From Phycisphaerae bacterium (GTDB lineage: Bacteria > Planctomycetota > Phycisphaerae > UBA1845 > JAFGLZ01), in NCBI GenBank assembly GCA_016927755.1, contig JAFGLZ010000262.1, forward strand, positions 3,383 through 67,382: a stretch of 64,000 nt of DNA, written 5' to 3'. Below are positions 29,153 to 38,918 of the stretch, piece after piece. Positions within the stretch are counted from its first letter, which is position 1, and the number at the start of each line of letters is the position of its first letter. Position numbers and translations under genes: made by a program. The notes beneath the pieces were generated by a model. It had not been told where the DNA came from. It ran no database searches and saw nothing but the letters and a program-made list of their open reading frames with translations.

Positions 29153-29319
29153 TGAGGGACGGCCCGCGCCAGGCTAGCGAGGCGTCACCTCCCCCGCTTG
29201 CCCCCCCTCGGCATCATGGATTACCCTGGCGGCACGTGGACGCACATCGAGAGGCGGGACGGCATCGCTCCGGCGGGTCGTGGATGAGCCGAGAGAGGTC
29301 GAGGCAGAAAGGTCATCTG

Positions 29320-30585
29320 ATGAGACGGTCGTTGATCGGCATCGCGCTGCTTTCGCTGGCGTCGGGGTGCTACAAGGAGACGACGCCGTGGGAGACGTTC
29401 GGCGCGGTCGGGCAGACGCCGCCTCCGTCGACGCAGAACGACCAGGCCGCCGACCTCAAGGCCCTCGTGGAGGGCAACACGGTCTTCGCGCTGAATCTCT
29501 ACGCCCAGCTCGCTCGGTCGGACGGGAACTTGTCGGTCTCTCCGCAGGGCGTCTCGCGAATTCTGGCCATGGCTTACGCGGGCGCGCACGGCAATACGGC
29601 CAAGGAGATCGCCAAGGTGGCTCACTTTGGCCTGCCCCCGGGGCGACTGCATCCGACGTTCGGGCGGCTGAGGTCCGAGCTGAAGGCGCTGGCGGGCAGG
29701 GGGGGCATGGAGCTGCGATACGCCGACGCGATCTGGATGCAGCGGGATCGGTCGTTCAAACCGGCGTTCCAGGAGTTGATCCAGAAGGACTACGACGCCA
29801 ACCTGAAGCGCGTGGACTTCCTGGGCGAGCACAAGGCGGTTCTCGCCGAGATCAACGCCTGGGTCGAGCAGCAGACGGGGGGAAGGATCAAGGGCTTTCT
29901 GGAAAAGGGCGACGTCGACGCCCTGACCTTGCTAGCGATCACCAACGCGATCTGCTTTCACGGTAAGTGGGCCAGGCCTTTTGACGCGCAGTGTACGCAG
30001 AACCTCGCGTTTCGGCTCTCGGCCAAGCAGGGCGCGACGGCCGCGACGATGAGCCAGTCGGGGACGTTCGGCTACATGGAGACGGGCAACCTGCAGGTGA
30101 TCGAGTTGCCCTACGCCGACGGGGAGCTGAGTATGCTCGTGCTGCTGCCCAAGAAGGCCGGGGACCTGCGGCGGGTCGAGGCGATGCTCACGCCGGCCAA
30201 CCTCAGCGCGTGGAGCGGGCGTCTGATCGAGACGAGTGCTCAGGTCTTCCTGCCCCGGTTCACCATCGGCGCCAAGTTCCGCCTTCACGACACGCTGAGC
30301 GACATGGGGATGTTCGACGCCTTCAACCTGAGCTCGGATTTCAGCGGCATCGACATCCGGCGGAAGCTGTACGTCAAGCAGTTCATGCACGCGGCGGAGG
30401 TGGCGGTCGACGAGGGCGGAAGCGCGCCCGCGGCCGAGCCGGCGGGGGAGGCTTCGGTCGTCTTCCGGGCGGATCATCCGTTCCTGTTTTTGATCCAGCA
30501 CAAACCCACGAAGGCGATTCTGTTCATGGGGCGCGTGATGAACCCGACGTCCGGGCCGGGGACCACGGCTCCCGGCGGCTCCTGA
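29320..30585 (+). CDS. Serpin-family lipoprotein, probably non-inhibitory
   Basis: Lipobox LASGC. Motifs: FALNLY, MAYAGA.G.T, INAWV..T.G.I, FRADHPFLFLI..ILFMGRV. Short, Pro-containing hinge DEGGSAPAAEP. Confidence 0.92.
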   Translation: MRRSLIGIALLSLASGCYKETTPWETFGAVGQTPPPSTQNDQAADLKALVEGNTVFALNLYAQLARSDGNLSVSPQGVSRILAMAYAGAHGNTAKEIAKVAHFGLPPGRLHPTFGRLRSELKALAGRGGMELRYADAIWMQRDRSFKPAFQELIQKDYDANLKRVDFLGEHKAVLAEINAWVEQQTGGRIKGFLEKGDVDALTLLAITNAICFHGKWARPFDAQCTQNLAFRLSAKQGATAATMSQSGTFGYMETGNLQVIELPYADGELSMLVLLPKKAGDLRRVEAMLTPANLSAWSGRLIETSAQVFLPRFTIGAKFRLHDTLSDMGMFDAFNLSSDFSGIDIRRKLYVKQFMHAAEVAVDEGGSAPAAEPAGEASVVFRADHPFLFLIQHKPTKAILFMGRVMNPTSGPGTTAPGGS

Positions 30586-30673
30586 GCGAGGGAGCGATCG
30601 ATGACGATCTCGAGGACTTGAGGGGCGGTTTCCGAACCGCCCTTTGTCGTTGGAGCGCAGAGAGGGAGCGGAC

Positions 30674-33600
30674 ATGTATCGAAGAATCTGGACGACGGTC
30701 TTGGCGGGTTGCGTTTGTCTTGTCGTCAGTGGGCGATCCGCGCGCGGGCTGACTCCGGGGGGCATCGTCTACGAGAGCGAGGCTATTTCGACGCCGAAGA
30801 CGGCGTGGCAATTGAACAAGCGGACGGGCGATCACTGGATGCTCTGGACGCAGGAGGCGGACATCGCCAAGAAGCGGTCGGGCGAGGCGGTTCTGGCCGG
30901 CCCGGTCGTCGCGGCCGATCGCGGCTCGCCGGAGGAGGGCGCCCCGCCGCTGCACAGCGTGGTGACGGATCTCGAGCCTGGGGTGTATCTGGTCTACGCG
31001 AGCAACCCCGGCCGGCCGCTCGGGTACTCGCTCGACGGCAAGACGTGGTTCAAGGGCCAGGGGCGCGAGGTCTTTCTGGGGACACATCACATCGCCGACG
31101 GGCGGTTCGAGCTGTGGGTCGACGACCGATACGCCCATCCGCCGAACAGCGCGGGCCCGGGTTATTACGACTACGTGCGGTTCGTTCGCGTGCCCGACTC
31201 GGCGTTGAACGTCGAACGGTATCCGACCTGGGGTGGGCTGGGTCGATGGCTGGAGGGCAAGGGCGGCCGGTCGATCCCGGCGATCCAGATGACCGACCGG
31301 GTCGGCTTCGAAGTCGAGGGCGCTCAGCTCAAGGGCGGCAAGACGGGCGATCGGTTCAGCTACGCCTTCGATCGGGCGGGTACGTTCTATCTCGCCGTGG
31401 AGATGGTCGACGACGGGGACGGGGTGGAGCAGCTCGCCGTTTCGCTCGACGGGAAGGAGATCGCCTGCTTCGTGGGCGATCAGCCCCGAGACGGCACGGC
31501 GCTCTACAGCGTGAAGCAGCCGATCAAGGTTGCCAAGGGCGACAAGCTGACGTTCACGTGTCGGACGCCCGTCGGTTGCTACCGGGTCCATAACTTGTTC
31601 CTTGCGGCCGGTCCGATCGTCCCGCCGCCGCCGCAGTTCGAGCACGTCGAGGCGTGGTGTCCCGAGGCCGGGTCGGTGGATGTCTGCTGGACGACGTCGA
31701 CGATCGTGGAGACCGGTCTCGTCGAGTATGGCACGGGCGGTCAGAAGACGAAGACGGAGCGCTGCACGTATCGCGGTCGAAACCATCGCGTCCAACTTCG
31801 ACATCTGGATCCGGGGGTGACGTGCGAAGCCAGGATCGTCACCGAGTATGAGGGCAAGCCGCTCGTCTCCGGGACGATTCGCTTCGAGGCTCAGCCGAAG
31901 ACGCCGCCGCTCACGCAAGCGCAGACGATCGAGCTGACCGTACCCGAACCGACTGAGCATCCGCGCAGGAGTTGGCCGGCAACGGCGGGGGTTCCGTTTG
32001 CCCGAGGCAAGCTCGCCGGGGCGGAGGACCTTCGGCTGACCGATGACAAGGGCAGGCCGGTGGCGCTTCAGGCCGAGACGTTCAGTCGGTGGCCTGATGG
32101 CAGCGTGAAGTGGGCCGTGGTGAGCTTCGTTGCGTCCGCGCCTGCCAAGGGCTATCGGCTTACCGCACAGCCGGGGCAGGCCGGGGCGAAACAGCCTGGG
32201 CCCACGGCGACGGTTCGTCGCGTGGATGGCGGCTGGCGCGTGGAGACGGACATCCTCCGATTCACGCTTGATGAGAAGGCGCCCGATCTCTTTCGGGAGC
32301 TCGGGGTCGATCTGAACGGCGACGGGGAGATCGATCAGGGGGAGACGATCGCCGCCGGGGTCGGGGGCGCCAATCTCGTCGCGACGGACGGCGACGGCGC
32401 GGCGCTAACGCTCGGTCCCACGGACGCCGGTGGTCCCAAGATCGAGGCGAGCGGCCCCGTCGCCGCGGTGGTCGCGTGGCGTGGCTCGCTGATGGCCGGG
32501 GGCAAGCCGTCGGCGTTCCGCTACGTGCTCAGGCTGAGGCTCTGGCGGGGCCGGCCGATGATGGGCGTCGACGTGACGGTCTGGAATGACCTGACGAAGC
32601 CCGCGTTCAGCGCATTGGGCTGGCTCGAGCTTCGCGTGCCCCTTGCGGGCGGCAGCGGCGTTCGGGGGTCTCTCGAGGGGCAACCGCTCGTGAGTGTCGG
32701 TGGCGAGCAGGGAATCTGGATTCTTCAGGACCGTGACAATCGATATCGACTGTGTGTCGGCGACAAGGCGACCGAGGGCAAGCGTGCCCTGGGCGTCGCG
32801 ATGGCCGAGAGCGATCGGGCTCGCGCGACGGTGTGCGTGCCCGACTTTTGGCAGACGTATCCCAGCGGCTGTGCGGTGAAGGTGGACGGCATTCACGTGC
32901 AGCTTCTGCCTCGGTTGCCTGGCGACGCCTATACGGACCCCGACAGTCAGAAGTGGTATGCCCAGCTCTACGCCTGGTGCCAGGGCGGCAAGTATCTCTT
33001 TCGCGCGGGTCAGGTGACTCGGGGCGAGGTGGTCGTTCGCTTCGATCGTCCGGGTGGCGAGAACGACGCGAGGCAATTCGCTGGATGGGTGAACCATCCG
33101 CTGCTGCCGCAGGCGAGCCCGGAGTATATGTCCGGCACGGGCGTTTTGGGCCGAGCGATCTACCCGCGGACCGCGGGCGTCTGGGACAGCTACGAGCAGA
33201 TGTTCGACCGTTGTTTCGCCAATCACCTGAAGGATCGAGAGAAGCGCCGCACCTATGGGTGGATGCACTACGGCGATTGGTTCGGCGAGCGATCGTTCAA
33301 CTACGGCAACAACGAATACGATCTGCCTTGGGCGATGGCCGTGCAGTGGATGCGGACCGGTGATCGAGCCGTCTTCGACCGGGGGGTGCAGATGGCCCGG
33401 CACTACTCGACCGTCGACACCGCCTGTGGCGCGCCGGCCAAGACGTATCGCTGTCTGGCCTGGACGCACTGCTACAACCACGTCGGTTCGGAGCGGCCCG
33501 AGGGCGAGCTGAACTTCCGCAAGGATGACAAGGCCGCGCAGACGTATCTCGAGCAATACCGCTGGGGGCTGCGGGGCGGGATGGATCCGCAGGGGCACAT

Positions 33601-34321
33601 CTACCAGCCTGGCAACTGGCTGTATGCCGCGCTAACGGGCGACGCGTGGCTGCGCGAGACGGCTGAGCGGGTCTGCACGGACCAGGCCGAACGGCTCACG
33701 CCTAACTTCAACTTCAGCATCGAGCGGTCGGGCGGGTGGCCGTTGATCAACGCGTCGATGGCGTACGCGTTCAGCGGCAATCCGTACTACCTCAACGCGG
33801 CGCGGCTGATGATCGAGCGGTGTCTCGAGCGGCAGGATCCCGAGACGGGCGGCTGGCTGCACACGCCGCCGATGAGCGAGACGGCCGGCGTTCGCGTGCG
33901 AGGGGGTAAGGCCTTTGCCGTCGGCATCCTGACGCACGGGATTCTGCGCTATCTCGACCAGGAGCCCGAGGATCGGCCGGAGGTTCGCAAGATGTTGGTC
34001 CGAGGCGTGGACTGGCTGATGACCGAGTCGTGGATTCCGGGTAAGGGGTTTCGGTACATCAGCCGCGCGCCCAACTGTCGGGATACCGGCCGGAAGGGCA
34101 TGACGTGTCTGCTCAACGCGGAGGTGGTCGCCTACGCTTGCGAGCAGACGCGCGATCCGAAGTACGTGGCGTTCTGGAAGGAGATGATGTCCGGCGTCAT
34201 GGACACGATGAGCGAGGGCATGGGCAAGGGCTTCACACAAATGGTTCGGCAGACGGTCTTCGGGCTGGACCGGATCAAGCCGTTCGGTGTGACGTCGCTG
34301 GCGTCGGAGGGACCAAGATGA
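30674..34321 (+). CDS. Large secreted multidomain protein, exo-rhamnogalacturonan lyase (YetA/PcRGLX)-like, with FN3-like domain
   Basis: Signal peptide; FN3-like W.T..VEYG..HRVQL..L.PG. Motifs: GVPFARG, RWPDGSVKW, DFWQTYP, YGWMHYGDW, NNEYD, ARH...VD. Confidence 0.68.
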   Translation: MYRRIWTTVLAGCVCLVVSGRSARGLTPGGIVYESEAISTPKTAWQLNKRTGDHWMLWTQEADIAKKRSGEAVLAGPVVAADRGSPEEGAPPLHSVVTDLEPGVYLVYASNPGRPLGYSLDGKTWFKGQGREVFLGTHHIADGRFELWVDDRYAHPPNSAGPGYYDYVRFVRVPDSALNVERYPTWGGLGRWLEGKGGRSIPAIQMTDRVGFEVEGAQLKGGKTGDRFSYAFDRAGTFYLAVEMVDDGDGVEQLAVSLDGKEIACFVGDQPRDGTALYSVKQPIKVAKGDKLTFTCRTPVGCYRVHNLFLAAGPIVPPPPQFEHVEAWCPEAGSVDVCWTTSTIVETGLVEYGTGGQKTKTERCTYRGRNHRVQLRHLDPGVTCEARIVTEYEGKPLVSGTIRFEAQPKTPPLTQAQTIELTVPEPTEHPRRSWPATAGVPFARGKLAGAEDLRLTDDKGRPVALQAETFSRWPDGSVKWAVVSFVASAPAKGYRLTAQPGQAGAKQPGPTATVRRVDGGWRVETDILRFTLDEKAPDLFRELGVDLNGDGEIDQGETIAAGVGGANLVATDGDGAALTLGPTDAGGPKIEASGPVAAVVAWRGSLMAGGKPSAFRYVLRLRLWRGRPMMGVDVTVWNDLTKPAFSALGWLELRVPLAGGSGVRGSLEGQPLVSVGGEQGIWILQDRDNRYRLCVGDKATEGKRALGVAMAESDRARATVCVPDFWQTYPSGCAVKVDGIHVQLLPRLPGDAYTDPDSQKWYAQLYAWCQGGKYLFRAGQVTRGEVVVRFDRPGGENDARQFAGWVNHPLLPQASPEYMSGTGVLGRAIYPRTAGVWDSYEQMFDRCFANHLKDREKRRTYGWMHYGDWFGERSFNYGNNEYDLPWAMAVQWMRTGDRAVFDRGVQMARHYSTVDTACGAPAKTYRCLAWTHCYNHVGSERPEGELNFRKDDKAAQTYLEQYRWGLRGGMDPQGHIYQPGNWLYAALTGDAWLRETAERVCTDQAERLTPNFNFSIERSGGWPLINASMAYAFSGNPYYLNAARLMIERCLERQDPETGGWLHTPPMSETAGVRVRGGKAFAVGILTHGILRYLDQEPEDRPEVRKMLVRGVDWLMTESWIPGKGFRYISRAPNCRDTGRKGMTCLLNAEVVAYACEQTRDPKYVAFWKEMMSGVMDTMSEGMGKGFTQMVRQTVFGLDRIKPFGVTSLASEGPR

Positions 34322-35523
34322 GACTTGGAGGCATCTGTCTTGCGTTGGCATTCTCGGCGGCGGGTTGTTCGCGAGACGCCGGGCCGGAGCCGCCGATCAC
34401 GCCGGAGAGCAAGGCCGTCGCGGAGGGCGGCAACGCCTTCGCTCTCGACCTGTACGCGAAGCTCAGTCAGACGGAGGGCAATTTGTTCTTCTCTCCGTAC
34501 AGCATCTCGGCGGCGCTGGCGATGACGTATGCCGGCGCGCGGGGCGAGACGGCCGGTCAGATGGCCAAGGTGCTGCATTTCGCGACTGACGGTGATCGGC
34601 TGCATCCTGGCTTCGCGGGGCTGGGTCGGCATCTGAACTGGCTTGGCGCGAAGGGTGACGTTACGTTGAACGTCGCCAACGCGCTCTGGGCCCAGCAGGG
34701 CCACCCCTTTCGCGAGGAGTTCCTGGGCGTTGCCAAGACGAGTTACGACGCGTCGGTGCAGCAGGTCGATTTCATCAAGTCGGCCGAACAGACACGCGGA
34801 AGGATCAACGCCTGGGTGTCGGATCGGACCAAGGGGCGGATCAAGGACCTCGTCCCGACCGGCGTCCTCGATGAGATCACGCGGCTGGTTCTGACCGACG
34901 CGATCTACTTCAAGGGGCGGTGGGACGAGCAGTTCGATAAGAAACACACGCGCGACGCGCCCTTTCACGTGACGCCGACCAAGACGGTCACCGTGCCCAT
35001 GATGACGCACAAGGCGGAGTTCGGCTACGCCGAGACGGACGGGGCGGAGATCCTCGAGATGGCGTATGAGGGCGAGAGCGTCTCGATGGTCGTCCTGCTG
35101 CCCAAGGAGGCCGATGGGTTGGCGGGGCTCGAGAAGTCGCTCAACGCGAAGGACCTGGAGGCGTGGCTCGGGCGATTGGCCAAACGGGACATTCGCGTCT
35201 TCGTTCCCCGGTTCCGGATGACGTGGCAGTTCGATCTGGCCAGGACGCTGGCGTCGATGGGCATGTCGGACGCCTTTGACGGTAAGGCCGACTTCTCGGG
35301 GATGGACGGGATGAGGGACCTGTTTATCGCCGCGGTGCTGCACAAGGCCTTCGTGGACGTCAACGAGGAGGGGACGGAGGCAGGCTCGTGGATCGGAATA
35401 ACAGTAGAGACGTTGGGAGAGCCGGAGGCTTTCCGGGCCGACCGGCCGTTCCTGTTCGTGATTCGCCATCGTCCGTCGGGCGCCATTCTGTTTCTTGGAC
35501 GACTCGTGAAGCCGAGCGAGTGA
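34318..35523 (+). CDS. Serpin-family lipoprotein
   Basis: ATGA-coupled to the upstream gene; lipobox AAGC. Motifs: NLFFSPYSIS, AIYFKGRW, VNEEGTEA, FRADRPFLFVIRH. Confidence 0.95.
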   Translation: MRLGGICLALAFSAAGCSRDAGPEPPITPESKAVAEGGNAFALDLYAKLSQTEGNLFFSPYSISAALAMTYAGARGETAGQMAKVLHFATDGDRLHPGFAGLGRHLNWLGAKGDVTLNVANALWAQQGHPFREEFLGVAKTSYDASVQQVDFIKSAEQTRGRINAWVSDRTKGRIKDLVPTGVLDEITRLVLTDAIYFKGRWDEQFDKKHTRDAPFHVTPTKTVTVPMMTHKAEFGYAETDGAEILEMAYEGESVSMVVLLPKEADGLAGLEKSLNAKDLEAWLGRLAKRDIRVFVPRFRMTWQFDLARTLASMGMSDAFDGKADFSGMDGMRDLFIAAVLHKAFVDVNEEGTEAGSWIGITVETLGEPEAFRADRPFLFVIRHRPSGAILFLGRLVKPSE

Positions 35524-35565
35524 CGCGGTTCTCGAGCGACGATGCGTGAATCCGCGCTGCCGCAT

Positions 35566-35612
35566 CACGGGCGTCTTGCCCGTGATGGTCATGGGCAAGA
35601 TGCCCATGCTAC
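35566..35612. repeat. Double REP-like hairpin between convergent genes
   Basis: CACGGGCGTCTTGCCCGTG followed by CATGGGCAAGATGCCCATGCTAC. Confidence 0.8.
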
Positions 35613-35645
35613 GTATTGGGCGACCATGCTGTAACCCGATACCTG

Positions 35646-38615
35646 TCACCTTTCCGTCAATACCACTGTTTGGTTCAGCTCCGGCGCGGTCGGGGGCCAG
35701 CAGGTTGTCTTGCCGTCGGCGGTGGCGACGCGAACGAAGTATTCGAGCATGGGTGCTGCCACCTTGTCGGTCGGCAGGGCCACCTCGTAGCAGCCCCGGG
35801 CGACGTGCTTCAGCGCGATCTGCTTGAACCCGCCGAGCGGACCCTCGGTCGGAACCGCTCGCCAGAACACATCCCCGCGAATGACTGGGTGCCTGCTTGC
35901 TATGGTCACCCTCAGCGGGAGTGCCTCGCCGCGGGTCGCGCTGGTGCGCACCGCGGCTACGAAGACGCGCGTGGGGCCTTCGTAGGCGGTGCCGGGCTGT
36001 GCGTCTTCGGGCAGCGGCGCGCCGAGGACGTCCGACAGTTCCCGGCCCGGCGCGGTCAGCACGACGGGCATCGTGTGCTGCTGCCAGTTGGTGACGGTTC
36101 CCATCGTGCCGGTGGTGTGGACGGTGGGGAGCAGGTGTCGATGCAGCTCGGCGAAGGCGGCCACGAGCTCCTTTCGGATGGGCAGGGCGGTCTTGGCGGC
36201 GAGGTCGCGGCGCTTGGCGGGGTTCTTTTCGGCCTTGACCTTGGCCATGGCGGCGTTGTATCGGGCCCAGGCGCAGTTGACCTTGGCATTGGCGCGCATG
36301 GTGCGGAACGTCTCGAGCCAGTAGTCGAGCCGGGCCAGGTTGCCCTTGCCGGTGACGTTGGGGCGGATCGCGGCCAGGTCGTCGACGAAGGCGTACTCCT
36401 TGGCGACCTGGAGCCACGGGCGCGCGTCGGGCTTGATGCCGCCGGGGCCGTTGACCCAATCGGACGGGCGAGGCAGCTTGCAGTCGATGTTCGTGAAGAC
36501 CTTGGCGACGTCGGGCCCGGCCTCGGGGCCGAAGAGGTGCGTGGCCCAGTCGAGGTAGAAATCGTCGACGTGTGGGTACTTGCGCACGGTCGGCAGGTCG
36601 GCGACGTAGTCCTTGTAGGCGGGTCCGCCGCAGTTGATCTTCTTGCTAAATCCGTCGCCCTGGATGACGATCGCGGCGACGCAGGGGAGCTCGATGACGC
36701 GGATGAAGTCGAGGTCGAGCCAGCCGTCGGTCACGTTGACGTCCTTGAAGGTGTAGTCTTTGGCGCGATCCTTACCGAACGTGGCGAACATGTCGAGCTT
36801 GTCGAGGACGGTCTTGCCCTCGAGCTTGACGCCGAAGACGCGCTTGTCTTTCTCGGCGTAGGCGGGCTCACAGAGCCTGAGCGTGACCGTGTACGTGCCG
36901 TTGGGCACTTCGAGGTAGTAGCCGTCGACGTCGTAGCGGACGGTCTGGAAGAGCGTGTCGTCGTCGGTGTCGGCGAAGTTACGCCCGGCGGACGTGGCGA
37001 TCTGTCCGCCGAGGGGTCCGGCGATCCGCGCTCGCGTGGCCCAGCCGGTTTGGTCCCAGGCGGCCTTGGCCAGGGCCGAGACGTTGGGGCCGAGGATGCG
37101 GGTTCGCCAGTGGATGCCCATGAGCCCGGTGCAGCCGTAGCGGAGCGAGTCGGCGGCGTCTTGTCGCATGCGTGCGACCCAGAGTTGCGGCGAGACCATG
37201 GCGGGGTCGTCCTCGAGCCAGGGGATGGCCCATTTCTCGCGGCCCTCTACGTGCGCGAAGCCGGGCTCGACCGGCGCGTGGCCGACCGACCGGCTGATGC
37301 AGCTCATGAACATGTCCTTCGGCAGCGTCTTGTCGAACAGGGCGCGATTGCTGGGCGGGCCGAGGACCCAGCCGCACGTGCCGAGGGTGAAGGGGTTGCC
37401 CACGTTCTTGACGGCAGCGATGGCGGCCTTGATGTCCGCGACGGTCGCGTCGATCTGCTCCTGCTTGACGCCCGACCAGGTCCAGCCCTCGGGCGTCCAG
37501 AACCAGTAGTAGTCGATGGGATAGGCCTTGGCGATTCGGGCGAACATGCCCTCATAGAGCTCTTGGATGACCCCGGGCTTGGCGGGGTCCTTGCCGAGCG
37601 ATTGGAGCCTCGCTCTGACCTCCCTGGGTACGACGAGGGGCGTCTCCGTACCGACGCACGTCTTGACGCCGAGGGCGTGGGCGTGGGCGAAGGCTTGGCG
37701 ATAGAACGCGCCCGCACGGTTGAAGACCTCGTTGCAGTGCTCGGGCGTGCGCGGCCGGGGCGTCAGGCCCTTCATGATGTCGGAGCTGTATGCGTCGCGC
37801 GGGTAGATCTTGTCCGCGCCGAACGCGTAGTCGCTCGTCCGGGTCGCCTTGAATCCCCAGCCGACGGGCAGGGCCGTGTTGTAGTAGATCGACGGGTAGC
37901 TGAACGCGACGCGGCCGTCCTCGGCGAAGTCCTGCTTTAGCCCGATCCAAACGGTGGGCTCGGCGGCGGGTCTGTCCTCGGGATAGGTGTGCAGGCCGAT
38001 GAAGTTCATGCCCAGCTTGGGGAGTTGGGAGATGATGGCCTTGTAGTTCTCGAGCTCCCACCAGTCGGGCCCTTCGGGGAAGTCGTGGAACGGCTGGATG
38101 CCTCGCAGGCCGAAGAGCGGCTTGGCGGTCTCGTCCAGGTCGGGCAGCGTCAGGGCGACGCGCCGGTCGGGGACGACGTCGCCGTGGAGGTAGAACCGCA
38201 CGCCGAGGCGTTCGGCGAATCGATAGGCGGCGTAGAGCGTTCCCGCGTCGTCACCGCCGACGATCAGGACGAGCTTCCGATCCGCCTGTCGAATCGTTTG
38301 GAGCCGGAACTGTTGGGGCCCGAGGTCGGCGGTCGGTGCGTCGCCGCGTGCGGCCTTGATGAGGGGTCGGTCCTGTCGGCCGACGACGATGAGGTTGCCT
38401 CGGAGCGGCAGCGTCGCCGACGGCGCGACGCGGATGCGCTGGCCCGTTCGCGCGTAGAGGTATCGACAGACCTCCCTGGCCGAGAGCGTTTCGGACGGCG
38501 AGGCGTCTTGCGGGCAGCAGATCATCAGGGAGGGTTTGCTCTCGGGCGCTGCGCACCCGCAGAACGGCAGCCCGGCGAGTATGACCAGCGGGAACAGTCC
38601 GTGGCGTCCCTTCAT
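35646..38615 (-). CDS. Lipoprotein putative glycoside hydrolase with GH67/GH20-like N-terminal domain and malectin domain
   Basis: Lipobox FCGC. Motifs: GGDDAGTLYAAY, RGIQPFHDFPEGPDWW, KLGMN..GLHTY; malectin-like NGTYTVTL...E..RVF.V..EG. Confidence 0.7.
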   Translation of the reverse strand: MKGRHGLFPLVILAGLPFCGCAAPESKPSLMICCPQDASPSETLSAREVCRYLYARTGQRIRVAPSATLPLRGNLIVVGRQDRPLIKAARGDAPTADLGPQQFRLQTIRQADRKLVLIVGGDDAGTLYAAYRFAERLGVRFYLHGDVVPDRRVALTLPDLDETAKPLFGLRGIQPFHDFPEGPDWWELENYKAIISQLPKLGMNFIGLHTYPEDRPAAEPTVWIGLKQDFAEDGRVAFSYPSIYYNTALPVGWGFKATRTSDYAFGADKIYPRDAYSSDIMKGLTPRPRTPEHCNEVFNRAGAFYRQAFAHAHALGVKTCVGTETPLVVPREVRARLQSLGKDPAKPGVIQELYEGMFARIAKAYPIDYYWFWTPEGWTWSGVKQEQIDATVADIKAAIAAVKNVGNPFTLGTCGWVLGPPSNRALFDKTLPKDMFMSCISRSVGHAPVEPGFAHVEGREKWAIPWLEDDPAMVSPQLWVARMRQDAADSLRYGCTGLMGIHWRTRILGPNVSALAKAAWDQTGWATRARIAGPLGGQIATSAGRNFADTDDDTLFQTVRYDVDGYYLEVPNGTYTVTLRLCEPAYAEKDKRVFGVKLEGKTVLDKLDMFATFGKDRAKDYTFKDVNVTDGWLDLDFIRVIELPCVAAIVIQGDGFSKKINCGGPAYKDYVADLPTVRKYPHVDDFYLDWATHLFGPEAGPDVAKVFTNIDCKLPRPSDWVNGPGGIKPDARPWLQVAKEYAFVDDLAAIRPNVTGKGNLARLDYWLETFRTMRANAKVNCAWARYNAAMAKVKAEKNPAKRRDLAAKTALPIRKELVAAFAELHRHLLPTVHTTGTMGTVTNWQQHTMPVVLTAPGRELSDVLGAPLPEDAQPGTAYEGPTRVFVAAVRTSATRGEALPLRVTIASRHPVIRGDVFWRAVPTEGPLGGFKQIALKHVARGCYEVALPTDKVAAPMLEYFVRVATADGKTTCWPPTAPELNQTVVLTER

Positions 38616-38710
38616 GGTGTTGTCTCCTTCGCGTACATCGGTGGTTGGCGGTATTGCACAGCGGTTGGCGGAGGGGGTCAAGGCCGGTGCGAGAGTCCTC
38701 TCTCGCACCG

Positions 38711-38745
38711 GAAGGTCGAAGGACGAAGTACGAAGGATGAAAGGG
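38711..38745. repeat. Heptamer tandem repeat (GAAGGAC-like, about 5 copies)
   Basis: GAAGGTC GAAGGAC GAAGTAC GAAGGAT GAAAGGG. Confidence 0.6.
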
Positions 38746-38835
38746 ATCGCGGGACACCGGGGGCCCTGGCCGTGTCATTCGCGCGCACTGAAGGGGCACT
38801 CGCTTGGTTTATGGTCTGGAGGCTTGCGACTCGTT

Positions 38836-38918
38836 GGGCGGGCATCTTGCTCATGGGACTTCATGGGCAAGATGCCCATGCTACGAAGAGGGACATGCAG
38901 GCTGGAAGCCTGCGTTAC
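38836..38918. repeat. REP-like palindromes
   Basis: CATGGGCAAGATGCCCATGCTAC (38862-38884) and GCAGGCTGGAAGCCTGC (about 38897-38913). Confidence 0.75.

Noticed and set aside
35371-35430. Complete diversity-generating retroelement targeting the serpin loop
   Set aside because: No reverse transcriptase or template repeat was found in this window; kept only as a codon-anomaly finding.
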